This document shows positions 12,190-22,957 of a stretch of 48,349 nucleotides of DNA, one piece after another (position 1 is the first letter of the stretch; each line of letters starts with the position of its first letter). Location: NCBI RefSeq assembly GCF_000372725.1, contig NW_005201327.1, forward strand, positions 252,815 to 301,163. Direction: 5' to 3'. The position numbers and the translations under genes were made by a program. This stretch comes from Emiliania huxleyi CCMP1516 (lineage: Eukaryota). The notes under the pieces were generated by a model that was given only the letters and a program-made list of their open reading frames with translations, ran no database searches and was not told the origin of the DNA.

Positions 12190-13251
12190 AAGACCTGACC
12201 GCTACGCCAACGGCATCGCCGCCGACGCGCTCTTGGAGACGCGCATCGGCCGCATCAAGCTCTACCTCGGCAAGGTGATCACCTTCCAAATCGTTCGCGT
12301 CAAGACTGCGCTCGACTCCTTCTTCGCGTGCGTGCGAGAGTCCCTCTCCGGCATCGGCGCCGACCCGGACAAGGTGCCGAAGGTGCCCAAAACGCGGCGG
12401 GTGCTCAAGGCGGACACGGACCGCCAGTTGATCATTGAGAAGCTGAGGCCGATGCACATCTTCGACCCTCCACGTGGCGTGGCGCGAAGATCGCTGGCGG
12501 AGCTAACTGGTAATTAATGTAATAATGATCACGCTGCAGAGTACAGTAACAGGTTTAATGTAATGACAATGCAACAGGTGGCATGGTGAAGCGGAACTAC
12601 GAACCGGACGCATTTGACATCTACTCGGTTGATTTTGCTCTGACGCTCAACTCGCTCGAGACGCCGGCTCTCATCATGGGCATGGCCGCCTTCAACGAGG
12701 TGCTGGTGCGCGGCGGCGTCGCCGCGGCGGCGGAGGATGCTGTACCCGAGATGGCGCAGGCTGACGGTGCAGGCACGCAGGTGAGGTGCGCGTGCTGCGC
12801 GGAGCCAGCTGGCATTAGGGACAGCACCATCCTCCGATGCCGCAGCTGCCTCAACCCGACATGCGGCGCCGCGCGTTGTTTTGCGCCCGATCTCGCCGCG
12901 CCTGGGCTTGCTGGCATGTGCCGTCTGTGCGATCCCGGCACGAGCGCTGCCGCTGAGCGCGAAGAGGAGGACGCCCAGGCACGCGCCGCAGCCCTCGAAG
13001 GAGAGGAGGGCGAGACGGCGCCGAGTGGGGACGGCGACGATGACTCGAGTCTTGGCATGGACATTAGCGATGCGCCACCGACTGCGCCACCGACCCTGCG
13101 CCCGCGCTGCCCGCGCGTCCCCTCGATGGCCGCCTCGAGGCCGCGCTCGCCACCGTCTCCGCCGCCTCCGCCGCCCGCGCCGCCTGCCTGGTGCTCGTGG
13201 CCCCGCACTTGCCCTAGCCCGAGAGGGGAGCTTCCGAGACCCACTACATGA
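12190..13251 (+). other. Truncated gene or transposon-derived ORF with PHD-like Cys cluster
   Basis: Two coding-like blocks separated by an AT-rich intron-like gap (~12510-12577); CACC...CRSC...C...C...CRLC. Confidence 0.35.
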
Positions 13252-14245
13252 CCACGCACACATCATCCCGCGGCCTGGTGGTCGGCGGGATTTGTTGGGA
13301 GTGTGAATACCCCACTCGTGTATATAGAGAGATGTCCCTGTTGAGTGCGTCTCCCAGTGCACGAGCACTTCCAACCGCGCCCGCTCGAACACTCCCTGCG
13401 CGGCTCGCGGCACCAGCGACGTGCCAGCGCCGAGCGCGTTCAGCGATCTGCCAGCGTACTCCTTCGCACGTTGCCCGCGGCGCGCCGCCTCGCGCCCCTC
13501 ACTGTCCGCGTCACGCAGCTGCTCCTTCTCGCCATCGCAGTTCCAGCGCCTCGTCGCCCGTGCATCGTTCCGCGTCTCGCGCCGGCAGTAGATGCACTGC
13601 CAGTGAGTGAGGCGCCGATCCATCCGCCTCGTCTTGTTTGCTCGCGTCGGCCCGACGTCGCCTCTGCGCTCATCTTGTGTGATCGCGCCTTCGCCGGCCT
13701 CCCGAACAACGCATGCAGGCAACGGTTGTGTCCCGACACCGAACTCCCTGCCGATCCCGTGGAGCTGCCCCATCGGCTGCAACGGCCCGGTGTACATCAC
13801 CACGTCGCCGACCGGCGCGGACAGCGGCTGCAGTATCACCACCGGCGTGATCGTTCCTCGCGAAGTCGTCGACAGCCGAGGTCTCGCGAGCCACTCGTCG
13901 GTTCCCTGCGGGAGCCGCTCCTCGATTCGTTGGGTCTCCGCTCGGTCGTCCATCGCCGCCAGCCACCCTCGGGTCGCGTTCGGTCGCCAGCTCTCCAGCT
14001 CGTCGTTTGGTCACCGAGGAGAGGGAACGAAAGCACACCTCAAACTGCAGGACGTGCATCCTGGACGCATCCCTCCTTGTCCCACTTATCGAATTTGTGC
14101 AGGCGAGAGTACTCGTCCGAATTCCGGCGTTTTTCATAATTCTCACCCTACTATACTACAAGTACCACGAGTTGCACGCACGATTTGCGCAGGTTGAGGG
14201 GAAATTGGCGTAAGCGTCTGAAAGCAGTCTTGGGTGGTCAGGCAC

Positions 14246-14372
14246 CTCGAAGAAGAATTCTTAAGATACAAGCCTCTCTCACAGCACACTGGCACGACAA
14301 GGGCGCAGACTGGCGCGGACTGGCACACACACAGGCTCACCACCGGAGCCGCCTAAGCGACTCCGTTAAGAA
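14246..14372 (-). mobile_element. Short repeat sharing motifs with the Penelope-like element (putative non-autonomous fragment)
   Basis: Shares agcacactggcacgacaag with 18864-18882 and ctcgaagaagaattct with 15228-15243; inverted homologs at ~38688-38790 and ~46060-46118. Confidence 0.6.
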
Positions 14373-14570
14373 CGGCAATGCACTCCGCACCATGCACAAT
14401 GCCGCTCTCCCCGCACGCTAGCTCGTTCAGGACAACCACGTCGGCGTCGTCCAGACTGACGCCAAGCACATCGCAGAGCTCCTCCTCGAGAGTGAGAAGG
14501 GGCTGGCGAGGAAGCGGGTGGCCAGCGCGGCGGCAGACGTCGCCTCGCAGCAGGTCGCCTCGCTGCGCTC

Positions 14571-14925
14571 GCCTCGCTGCTGCTCGCCTCGCTGCTGCTC
14601 GCCTCGCTGCTGCTCGCCTCGCTGCTGCTCGCCTCGCTGCTGCTCGCCTCGCTGCTGCTCGCCTCGCTGCTGCTCGCCTCGCTGCTGCTCGCCTCGCTGC
14701 TGCTCGCCTCGCTGCTGCTCGCCTCGCTGCTGCTCGCCTCGCTGCTGCTCGCCTCGCTGCTGCTCGCCTCGCTGCTGCTCGCCTCGCTGCTGCTCGCCTC
14801 GCTGCTGCTCGCCTCGCTGCTGCTCGCCTCGCTGCTGCTCGCCTCGCTGCTGCTCGCCTCGCTGCTGCTCGCCTCGCTGCTGCTCGCCTCGCTGCTGCTC
14901 GCCTCGCTGCTGCTCGCCTCGCTGC
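14571..14925. repeat. 15-bp perfect minisatellite (gcctcgctgctgctc), ~24 copies
   Basis: Directly visible. Confidence 0.97.
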
Positions 14926-15227
14926 GCGCCCGGCGGTCGAGCTGAGGCAGCAGCGCCAGGAGGGGCCTCCAGGTGCTCGCCGCCCCATCGCGGCGGCCGG
15001 CCGGCCGAGCTCTGCTGAAGCGTGCACGGGATGCCTTTTGCATCCAGGCGTCGTCCTGCGGAGCGCGGCCCACCGGCCGGTGGCGCGCATGCCGAGCCAG
15101 AGTCCTCGCGACCGGTGCCAGCGGCAGCGGTCGCGCGCGGCTGTAGCCGCGTAGGAGCCCTGGGTCGGCCACCGTGGCCACTGCCCAAGGCAGCGGCCAC
15201 CATGGCAGCGCGCTACGGCGTCTTGGA

Positions 15228-18200
15228 CTCGAAGAAGAATTCTCCGCTTGCTCACAAAAATGTGTTCACTTGTAGTGAGCGTCGGGCTGGTGGTTCGACA
15301 CCGAGTTTGAAAGATCTGTTTCTCTACGTCTCTCTTCACAGGAAAATCCTGTGAAGAAAAGCGGAGAAAAAAACAGAAACCTTTTCTGCCTCGGCCTTAG
15401 CCGTCGGTACTCCGAAAGCGTGCTATCCAAGTAGCACGCAGCCGGGTCCCGAAGGTGTCCCATCCCAAATTCGTGCTGTCGACAGACCAGATTCGTGGTC
15501 CTTTGGTCGACTACACCCGCCTTTGGACGGTAGCCCGACACAATACATTTGTCTGTCTTTTTGGATTTTTTGGTTCGTCTGGGTAAGGGTTTTGCAAGAA
15601 ACCTCCTCACCACTGCGAACACTGTCTTGCTCGTAGGAGCCGTTCGCCCTTTGTCCGAGCAAACGCGCGTCCGATCACCCCGTTGAGCACGTGTGCAGGG
15701 TATCCGAGCGCCATGAACTCCCTGAGTTTGCTCGTCACGCTGAGCGCGAACCCTTCGTCATCGCTCGCCATAGCACTCACCTTGAGCAGGCATCCAACGA
15801 CTATTCCCTCTTTCATCTTCGCGCATGTGAAGCTATCCCAGCGATGGTAGCGCCACACCCGAGGCTCTCTCTCGCAGCCCTCATTGACGTTCTTGAGTCT
15901 CGTCCGGAAACCTCCGTTCGCGTCGAGCTCGAGAGCCGTCTCTAAAAAATGAGCGTTATCGGCTGCCTCCAGCTTCAAAGGCGCCCAGTAGCATTCAGAA
16001 CGACGGAAATCCTCCCGGAAACGATCGACATCCCATGCGTTATCGTCTTTGGCAGTCACCGTGATCACATCGTCCATGTAGCGCTTCATACGGAAACGCG
16101 CTTTCGCATCATCGTCGAGCGTTTGCATCCACTCGTGCTCCATCCACGCAAGAGTTCCTATCGCCAGTGGTGGCGATAGCGCACTCCCCATTGGAATTCC
16201 GCGGGTTTGTTTCAGCAAGCGTCCGTCATACGTAATGACATAGCAGTTATCCAGATCGAAATCGATTACCTCGAGCATCGTCGAGAAGTTAATCGACGCG
16301 TGTCCCCACACTTCCCCTTCTTGTGCCCACGAGCACTTCTTCTTGCCTCTTTTCGGTACAAGTATTTTCGGGTCCTCTCCCGCGCCCGGTGGCAGGTTCT
16401 GGCGTACATTGTGTAGAATATCCCTCATCGCCACCTGCATCGCTTCCTTTGGCATGCTCGGGTAACAGCTGTCGACGTCGTTAATCTCGTAGCTGAGCTC
16501 TCCCTTCCCTTGGAGCGCTTCAGCCGCCTCCTTCAGCATCCGGGGTACACTTTGGCAGTCGTGCTGAATGAAGTGCTCACCCTTCAGGTGCCGGAGTGCG
16601 AAACTCCACGCCCGGCCCACGAGGCTCAAAAGTTTCGCCATCGGATGCTTCGCGTACGGCGTGATCGGCCTCGCCTTGTGCAGCTTCCGTTCTCGCACAA
16701 GAGGGTCAGTCACATTTTTTGCCTTATACAGCGCGTACGGCGCAGTTATCCTTCCTTTGCTATCGAATTTAGTGATCTTGTGCCATCCCTTCTTTCTGTA
16801 GAACCATCGCCATGCAGAGATTAGCGTCGCGTCGAGCGTACCGTCAGTACTCAGCTGGTTCGCCCGTACTCGCGACCGATCCTCCGTCGTCATATTCTTG
16901 AGCAGATCCTCAGCTCCATGCTTCTTCCTCTTATATGACGTGTCCTTCAGAGGGTACATGCGCGTATAATTGCCGTTTGAAGTGTTGAAGAGCGCGTCCA
17001 GCGTCTTCTCGTACGTGACGGGGCACGTAACAAAACACTCTCCGACATTCTTGTCCAGCCATCCTATCACGCTACCTCGCAGGACGCTCTTCACCTGCAC
17101 AACCTGGTTCGAAGTAACCGCGTCTTCGCATGGTACACACGTCTCGTCCGTCTCCGCAAGTGTCTCCTCGAGTACCTTCTTCCAGTCGCGATCTCTCCCC
17201 GCTTCTCGTACGCTCGCGGGAAGGCTTCCGAGTGCCTTATCCCATGCTACACGCATGTCTCTCTCGGTTGGGATGGGCACGTTTTTATTGCTCCGACGTA
17301 GGACTTCGGCGTGCGGGCCGTTGTATTCACGTCCAATGCAGAAGATATGCCCTTCCGCCATCGGCAGAGGCTCGAACCCGAAAGACGTTAGTCGCTGCTG
17401 TATCGCCTGACAGGCGCACCGCTGCGGTCTTTTTGGGTCACTGACATTTGAGAGCCGTTCAATGATATTTTTCTGCCGTACCGTCACTATCTTGATCCTT
17501 TGGCAGTGCCACTCGATTATGTGTTCCGGCCAGGGTTGCCTCCGTACTAGTTCATCGAGGTAGGCTCGAAGCGGGCGAGCGTCGACTCCTGGTACGAAAG
17601 GCAAGCGCACCTCAATCGTATTACGTGTGAGCCCTTCGTATCTGGTCTCGTACTCCTTCCATAGCACACGACGCATCTGTAACCATGTGGATTTGTCGAG
17701 GTACTTCCCTCTTTTCCACAGGCTCATTTCTTTTTCGGTCAGATTGCAAACTTCTTTTCCGACGTCCCTGAAGAAGTCTGCCGACGAGGCATCCTCCGTC
17801 CTCACAAACCATGCACTGCTCGCCAGCAGGAAAGCAGCACTACTCGGCTCTTCAAAGGGAGTGCTGTTCAAGCGTCTCGCCGTCACGGTGAAACTTCCGT
17901 GGTCTTCGCCGTGCCGTATCGCTGCCACTCCGTTACTGAAGCTCGTTGTTTCCCCGGTGTGCGTTGCGATGTCCCAGTGAGCAAACCTCATCCTTAGGTA
18001 CCGCCAGTTGGAGACGTCCTCGCTGCCCATGCGGTAGCAAACAACAAGGTTCATGCTCTCGCCTACCATACTCTCCTCTGCTTCCCGCAGGATTGTGCCA
18101 AGGTTGCAGCATTTGCGCGTTTCACCTTCCCGCCAAAACCATGTGAAGCCAAACCGGCTCTGTCTCTCCGTACTGGACCCGCCCCTCAGCCGGAGGACTC

Positions 18201-19074
18201 TTCGGAGCGGATTTCTCCATGGCGGAACGCCAGGTCTCCTTCGGGTCCTCTCTGCCCGGTTCTGTTTCCTCATCTCTTCTTTGTATGTAGGCTGGCTGTT
18301 CCTACCTGTGCGTCTCTTCTCCTCCATATTGAGCTTTGACCGCAATGTGCGGATTAGCCTCCCCTCCATTCGCACTGCTTCACGCTTGCTCGCACACACA
18401 GCTAGCGGTACAGTAAACCACGTATGCGGGCGTGCAGCGCGGTGCGCCACATACCTCGCATGTCCACCGCACCCTTTCCCGCTGCAGGCATGGTACTCTC
18501 GTGAATGCCGTACGGTCCCGGTGAAGTGCTGCTCCTGTCGGCGACGCCAGAACTCGGTTTCGCCGATATAAATCGCTTTTGTGCCGTCGAGGCTGAATCT
18601 AGCATAGACAATCGCGCGCGTGTCCTCGGTCTGAACCTCCTCTGCGCTCTGTATGAAGTCTGCGAGTCGCTCTATAGCAGGAATGCGTACTGCCCGTGTA
18701 AGCGCCTTGATCCACGGCTGTGCTAGGGTGTGAAGCTCAGCAACCCATCGCTTGGCTTTCGTCTGTACCCTAGTCTTCTCTCCATTCCCCTTCGGAAGGC
18801 AAAATTCCTTCACAAAGGCTTGAGTCGCCCAAATTTCCCGTAAGATGAAGCCAGCCATTGTAAAGCACACTGGCACGACAAGACCATCCGGATCAATCTG
18901 CCGCGTCCTCCGTACGCAGCAGTCCCCGCGATGGCCCACAGTCCTCCGCCACCAGGTTGAACCCCCTCCCCCCCCAGTCCTCGTACTCGACCAAGCCTCA
19001 TCAGTTACTAATTCCACGCATTCCTCCCCTCCACCTCCCACCTCAGCAATCATTGTCCAATGTCACGCATGCCA

Positions 19075-19077
<3 letters not shown>
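15228..19077 (-). mobile_element. Penelope-like retroelement, N-terminal-endonuclease (Naiad/Chlamys) type; boundaries approximate
   Basis: Single long intronless ORF, visibly lower GC than flanks, hairpin-rich 3' region, abuts (CT)n. Confidence 0.85.
15607..18858 (-). CDS. GIY-YIG endonuclease - CxC linker - reverse transcriptase polyprotein (likely start MAGFIL; frame open from 19053)
   Basis: IVYARF...IYIGET..RRRQEQH...E...LN; CACQ...GHIFC; LDKN...VTCP; RPIT; DVDSCYPSM; QTRGIPMGSALSP; RYMDDV; FLE. Confidence 0.92.
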   Translation of the reverse strand: MAGFILREIWATQAFVKEFCLPKGNGEKTRVQTKAKRWVAELHTLAQPWIKALTRAVRIPAIERLADFIQSAEEVQTEDTRAIVYARFSLDGTKAIYIGETEFWRRRQEQHFTGTVRHSREYHACSGKGCGGHARYVAHRAARPHTWFTVPLAVCASKREAVRMEGRLIRTLRSKLNMEEKRRTGRNSQPTYKEEMRKQNRAERTRRRPGVPPWRNPLRRVLRLRGGSSTERQSRFGFTWFWREGETRKCCNLGTILREAEESMVGESMNLVVCYRMGSEDVSNWRYLRMRFAHWDIATHTGETTSFSNGVAAIRHGEDHGSFTVTARRLNSTPFEEPSSAAFLLASSAWFVRTEDASSADFFRDVGKEVCNLTEKEMSLWKRGKYLDKSTWLQMRRVLWKEYETRYEGLTRNTIEVRLPFVPGVDARPLRAYLDELVRRQPWPEHIIEWHCQRIKIVTVRQKNIIERLSNVSDPKRPQRCACQAIQQRLTSFGFEPLPMAEGHIFCIGREYNGPHAEVLRRSNKNVPIPTERDMRVAWDKALGSLPASVREAGRDRDWKKVLEETLAETDETCVPCEDAVTSNQVVQVKSVLRGSVIGWLDKNVGECFVTCPVTYEKTLDALFNTSNGNYTRMYPLKDTSYKRKKHGAEDLLKNMTTEDRSRVRANQLSTDGTLDATLISAWRWFYRKKGWHKITKFDSKGRITAPYALYKAKNVTDPLVRERKLHKARPITPYAKHPMAKLLSLVGRAWSFALRHLKGEHFIQHDCQSVPRMLKEAAEALQGKGELSYEINDVDSCYPSMPKEAMQVAMRDILHNVRQNLPPGAGEDPKILVPKRGKKKCSWAQEGEVWGHASINFSTMLEVIDFDLDNCYVITYDGRLLKQTRGIPMGSALSPPLAIGTLAWMEHEWMQTLDDDAKARFRMKRYMDDVITVTAKDDNAWDVDRFREDFRRSECYWAPLKLEAADNAHFLETALELDANGGFRTRLKNVNEGCEREPRVWRYHRWDSFTCAKMKEGIVVGCLLKVSAMASDDEGFALSVTSKLREFMALGYPAHVLNGVIGRAFARTKGERLLRARQCSQW

Positions 19078-19129
<52 letters not shown>
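19078..19129. repeat. (CT)n microsatellite
   Basis: Directly visible. Confidence 0.97.
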
Positions 19130-19132
<3 letters not shown>

Positions 19133-19169
19133 CGGGCCCCCCTGCCCCCCAAAAAGCCGGAACCCAGCG

Positions 19170-21119
19170 ATGGTGAGTGCACGCGCGCTTGGCGGCCCGC
19201 CGAGTGCACGCGAGCTTAGCACCGGCGCAGGATCCCTGAGCTGCTCCGACGCGGCCGTGCTGGCGGCGGAGCGTGGCGAGGAGGAGGCGGTGCTGGCGTG
19301 GCTCGAGGGCGGCGGGCGGGTCAACGCGACGTACGAGAGAGGCGGCTTGAGCGGCCTCACGCTGCTGATGGGCGCCGCCTCCAAAGGCCACGAGCGGATG
19401 GTCGAGCTGATGCTCCGGCGTGGGGCGGATGTCAACCTGCAGAACAGCCGCGGCGACACCGCGCTGATGGACGCCGCCGTCAGAGGCCACGAGCGGGTGG
19501 TCGAGCTGCTGATTCGGCACGGTGCTGAGGTCAACCTGCAGGACAGCGTCGGCTGCACCGCGTTGATGCTCGCCGCCCACCACGGTCACGAGCGGGTGGT
19601 CGACCTGCTGATACGGCACGGTGCTGAGATCAACCTGCAGAGCAGCGACGGCGGCACCGCGCTGATGCTCGCCGCCCACAGCGGCCACGAGCGGGTGGTC
19701 GACTTGCTGATACGGCACGGCGCTGAGGTCAACCAGCGGAACAGCGACGGCGGCAAAGCGCTGATGATCGCCGCCCTCCAAGGCCACCCCGCCGTCGTGC
19801 ATCGCTTGCTTCGGGCTGGCGCGGATACAAAGGCTCGCTCTGCAGACGGCTGGTCCGCGCTGGAGATCGCCAAGGAGAAGGCGGCCAAGGTGCTAGCTAC
19901 TGCCGACGCCGCCAGTGCTCCTGAAACGGACCACGCCGGGTGCGTGCGCGCTCTCACAGAGCACGCAGCGGCGCTGAGGGAGGCGCAGGCGGCTGAGAAG
20001 GCGGCCGAGAAGGCGCTAGAGGCCAAGAGGCGGCGCGAGCAGCGCGAGCGGGAGGAGGCGGCGGCGGCGCGAGAGCGCGAGCAGGCGGCACGACAGCGCG
20101 AAGCAGAGCGAGCGGCGGACGAGGCGCGGCGAGCGGCGGACGCGGCGGCGCTGGAGGAGCAGAGGCGAGCCATTGCGGCGGAGGCGGAGGCGAAGCTGGC
20201 CGCTGAGCGCGCGGCAGCAGAGGAGACGCTGCGGGCGAGGGAGGCGGAGAGGCTTGCGGCGGAGGAGGCGCAGCGAGAGGAGCAGCGGGCGGCCGCGGCG
20301 GCGCGCAAAGCCGCTCAGGCAGAGGCAGCGCGGCGCGAGAAGGAGGCTGCGGACAGGAGGGCGGAGGAGGAGAAGGCGAGGCGGCGCGCAAAGGCGGCGG
20401 AGGCAACGGCGGCCAAGAAGGAGGCCAAGGCGAAGAACAATAAGGCCAAGAAGGCGCCGTCTGCTTTCGCGCTCGAGGAGGAGCGGAGGGCAAAGGCTGC
20501 GGCAGAGGTTCGCGCACAGGAGGAGAGGGCGGCGCAGCTGGCTGCTGAGCAGGAGTCGGCGAAGCGGGCGGAGCGCGAGGCGGCAGAGCTAGCGGGTGCG
20601 GCAGAGCGGGCGGCGCTGCGCGAGGATGCGGAGCTGGCAGAGGCGCTGCTCCGGTCAGAGGTGGATGCGGAGGAGGCGCTGGCGCGTCGGGTGTCGCGGT
20701 GCGAGGAGGCGGTGAGCAGTGAGTCGACCGGCGGCGGCGGGGACTTGCCGCGGCGTGTCGATCGGCTGGAGGCGAGCCTCGGCGCGGCGACCGAGGGTAG
20801 CCTCGAGGAGCGGGTCGGCGCAATCGAGCGCTTGATCGAGCCGGAGGCGGGAGAGGCGGCGGAGCAGCATCTGCCAGTCACCGAGCCGCTTGCTGCCGTC
20901 TCACTAGCCGACGCCGGCCTCGACACGGGGCGGCCGGCTGCCCCCGAGTCCACGATGGGGGGCGAGACCACGTGTATCGTGTGTTTCGCGAGAGTCAAGT
21001 CGCATGCTGCGGTTCCGTGCGGGCACCTGTGTGCTTGCGGGCCATGCTCTGAGCTGATGCGAGAGTGCCCTTACTGCCGCGAGCCAGTGATGATGTGGAT
21101 GGTTCCGCGTCCGGTCTAG
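19170..21119 (+). CDS. Ankyrin repeat + coiled coil + C-terminal RING (C3HC4, IAP-like) protein, intronless
   Basis: Repeated G.TALM.AA..GHERVV.LLI.HGA.VN; E/A/R-rich helix; CIVC...PCGHLCACGPC...CPYCR. Confidence 0.9.
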   Translation: MVSARALGGPPSARELSTGAGSLSCSDAAVLAAERGEEEAVLAWLEGGGRVNATYERGGLSGLTLLMGAASKGHERMVELMLRRGADVNLQNSRGDTALMDAAVRGHERVVELLIRHGAEVNLQDSVGCTALMLAAHHGHERVVDLLIRHGAEINLQSSDGGTALMLAAHSGHERVVDLLIRHGAEVNQRNSDGGKALMIAALQGHPAVVHRLLRAGADTKARSADGWSALEIAKEKAAKVLATADAASAPETDHAGCVRALTEHAAALREAQAAEKAAEKALEAKRRREQREREEAAAAREREQAARQREAERAADEARRAADAAALEEQRRAIAAEAEAKLAAERAAAEETLRAREAERLAAEEAQREEQRAAAAARKAAQAEAARREKEAADRRAEEEKARRRAKAAEATAAKKEAKAKNNKAKKAPSAFALEEERRAKAAAEVRAQEERAAQLAAEQESAKRAEREAAELAGAAERAALREDAELAEALLRSEVDAEEALARRVSRCEEAVSSESTGGGGDLPRRVDRLEASLGAATEGSLEERVGAIERLIEPEAGEAAEQHLPVTEPLAAVSLADAGLDTGRPAAPESTMGGETTCIVCFARVKSHAAVPCGHLCACGPCSELMRECPYCREPVMMWMVPRPV

Positions 21120-22380
21120 GCAGAACCGCATCGCGAGGCTGCTGAACCCAGCTCCCAGCTAGCTAGAGACGCTGACTCAGACTCTGATTGGGTCGCGCCG
21201 TATGTCTTTTGTGAGCCTTGGGATAAGCTGAAGACAGCCAGCGTCTGGAGGACGCTGCGACTGGAGCCGCTTCTGCCACGGCGGGGTTCTGCGCGGTGTC
21301 GCCGAGCCCACACCTCCAAAACTCGCCCCCGTGCAGCGAGCTGGATAGCCGTGTAGACAAGAAAGACACCTCATTGGAGGGGACCCGCCGCCGCAAGTCG
21401 CGCCTATGGCAGCGAGGACTTGTTCTGAGGCGTCAGAACCTAGCAGCGATTCCGCCCTCGCTGTGCCTTGCCGCTAAGCTTGGCCGCTCGCTCCTACTCA
21501 CAGCCAGAACTGTGAAGAGCTTGCCTCTCAGTAGCAACGTGCTCGGCAAATGGCCGCGCCTCAGCCCGCTCGGCGCGGGTCCACGGGTCGATCGAGCCGT
21601 CCCCAAGCAAGATTTGAGCCATAGTTGGGCGGTCCCTGTGCGACACGTCGGCCGGCGCATCCACCTAAAAGCAAGGTCGTTGGTCTTGCGGTGTCCGTTC
21701 TAACAGTGCGCCTGTCGCAAGGGAGAGGTCCAGCCTTAACCGACCGACCTCGGCCCTTTGGCATTGGCGGCTGCTCGCTCGCCTTGATGCCGTACTTGCG
21801 CTCAAAGACGTCCGGCGAAGCAAACGCGGGCCGCTTGGAGGGGGTCATGACGTCGTCGATCATCCGCTGGCGGCGCGCCGTCATGATGTGCGGCCTACCA
21901 GGAGACGTGGTGGTCAGCGCGGCGGAGGCGGTGGAACTATCAAAACACACTTACACACACACACCTGTGCGCTGCATGATCGCGCGAAAGCAATAGGGTT
22001 CAGGTGCTCCTCTTCCGCCAGCCCGACCTAGATGCATGTCGCACACCGGTTTCTCATCTGCGTGGGAGCGGTCGTTCGTTGCTCCTTCTCCCGGCTGCCC
22101 TCGCAAAACGAGCGTGCACATCCTCCTGGCTCACAAAGAGGCCGGCGGCACGGAGGAGCTCTGACATCTCTGCAGTGTCGAGTGTGCCCGAGCCATCCAC
22201 GTCCATCTCCCGGAACCAATGGACGAGAAGGGCCTGCAGAGCGATCGACAGACAAGGATCCTACAGTTTTCAATCAATCGCAGCGCGACGCGTGATTGGC
22301 CGAGGGAGTCGGCATCGGTCGAGACGGGCTGTCTCGTCTGCTCTGCCAATCACCGGATCGCGAGAAACGACTACGGTACC

Positions 22381-22743
22381 ATGGGCTGTGTCAGTTCCAA
22401 GCCACCCGTCAAGCCCGCGGCGCAAGTGCAGGACACCCAAAGCAATTGGAGGGTAGACTTCAGCCGAGCCTCAGACCCGTGTGCAGCCACGCTGAAGATG
22501 CAGATCAGCGAAGATGACACTCGTGAGGCGCCATCTACTGGGTGTGTCCCGACGCCGTGCTCAACACCACCGCAGTCGCCGCGCCGTCGCTCAGTTCAGC
22601 TCGTGGGTGCCGGAGACACCGACGCCGATCCGATTGGCGCATCGCCACTAAGAATTGCTGATAGCGACTGTGGCGGTGGTCGGACCTGCGTCGTGACGGT
22701 GGAGGTGGCGCCTCCTGGGGTGTGCGTGCGGATCGGCAGCTGA
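22381..22743 (+). CDS. Small hypothetical protein with N-myristoylation/palmitoylation-type start
   Basis: MGCVSSK N-terminus; nothing else recognised. Confidence 0.35.
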   Translation: MGCVSSKPPVKPAAQVQDTQSNWRVDFSRASDPCAATLKMQISEDDTREAPSTGCVPTPCSTPPQSPRRRSVQLVGAGDTDADPIGASPLRIADSDCGGGRTCVVTVEVAPPGVCVRIGS

Positions 22744-22957
22744 CGGTACGAGCACTGCAGGGTCGAGCTCGAGATGACTGTCTGTTCGTTCACATGAGAT
22801 TCACGCGAGAGCCTGCTGCCACTGCCCCAGTAGAGACGCGGGCCTCCGATGGGGGAGATCGTGCAGGGCGGGGACCCTCGTCCCACAACCATCTTGCTTC
22901 GGAGTTTCAGCGCTTTGTGTTATTGTTCAGCGTCTCTTGCGTCCTACACACTACTCG

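Noticed and set aside
14571..14925. CRISPR-like array next to an RT
   Set aside because: Pure tandem repeat without spacers
15607..18858. Group II intron, retron or LINE RT
   Set aside because: GIY-YIG, CxC linker and GIPMGS..SP/YMDD motifs fit Penelope-like elements; no APE or maturase domain seen
18980..19015. Hammerhead-like CUGAUGA on the minus strand at the PLE 5' end
   Set aside because: Followed by GAGU rather than GAAA, and no convincing stems I/III
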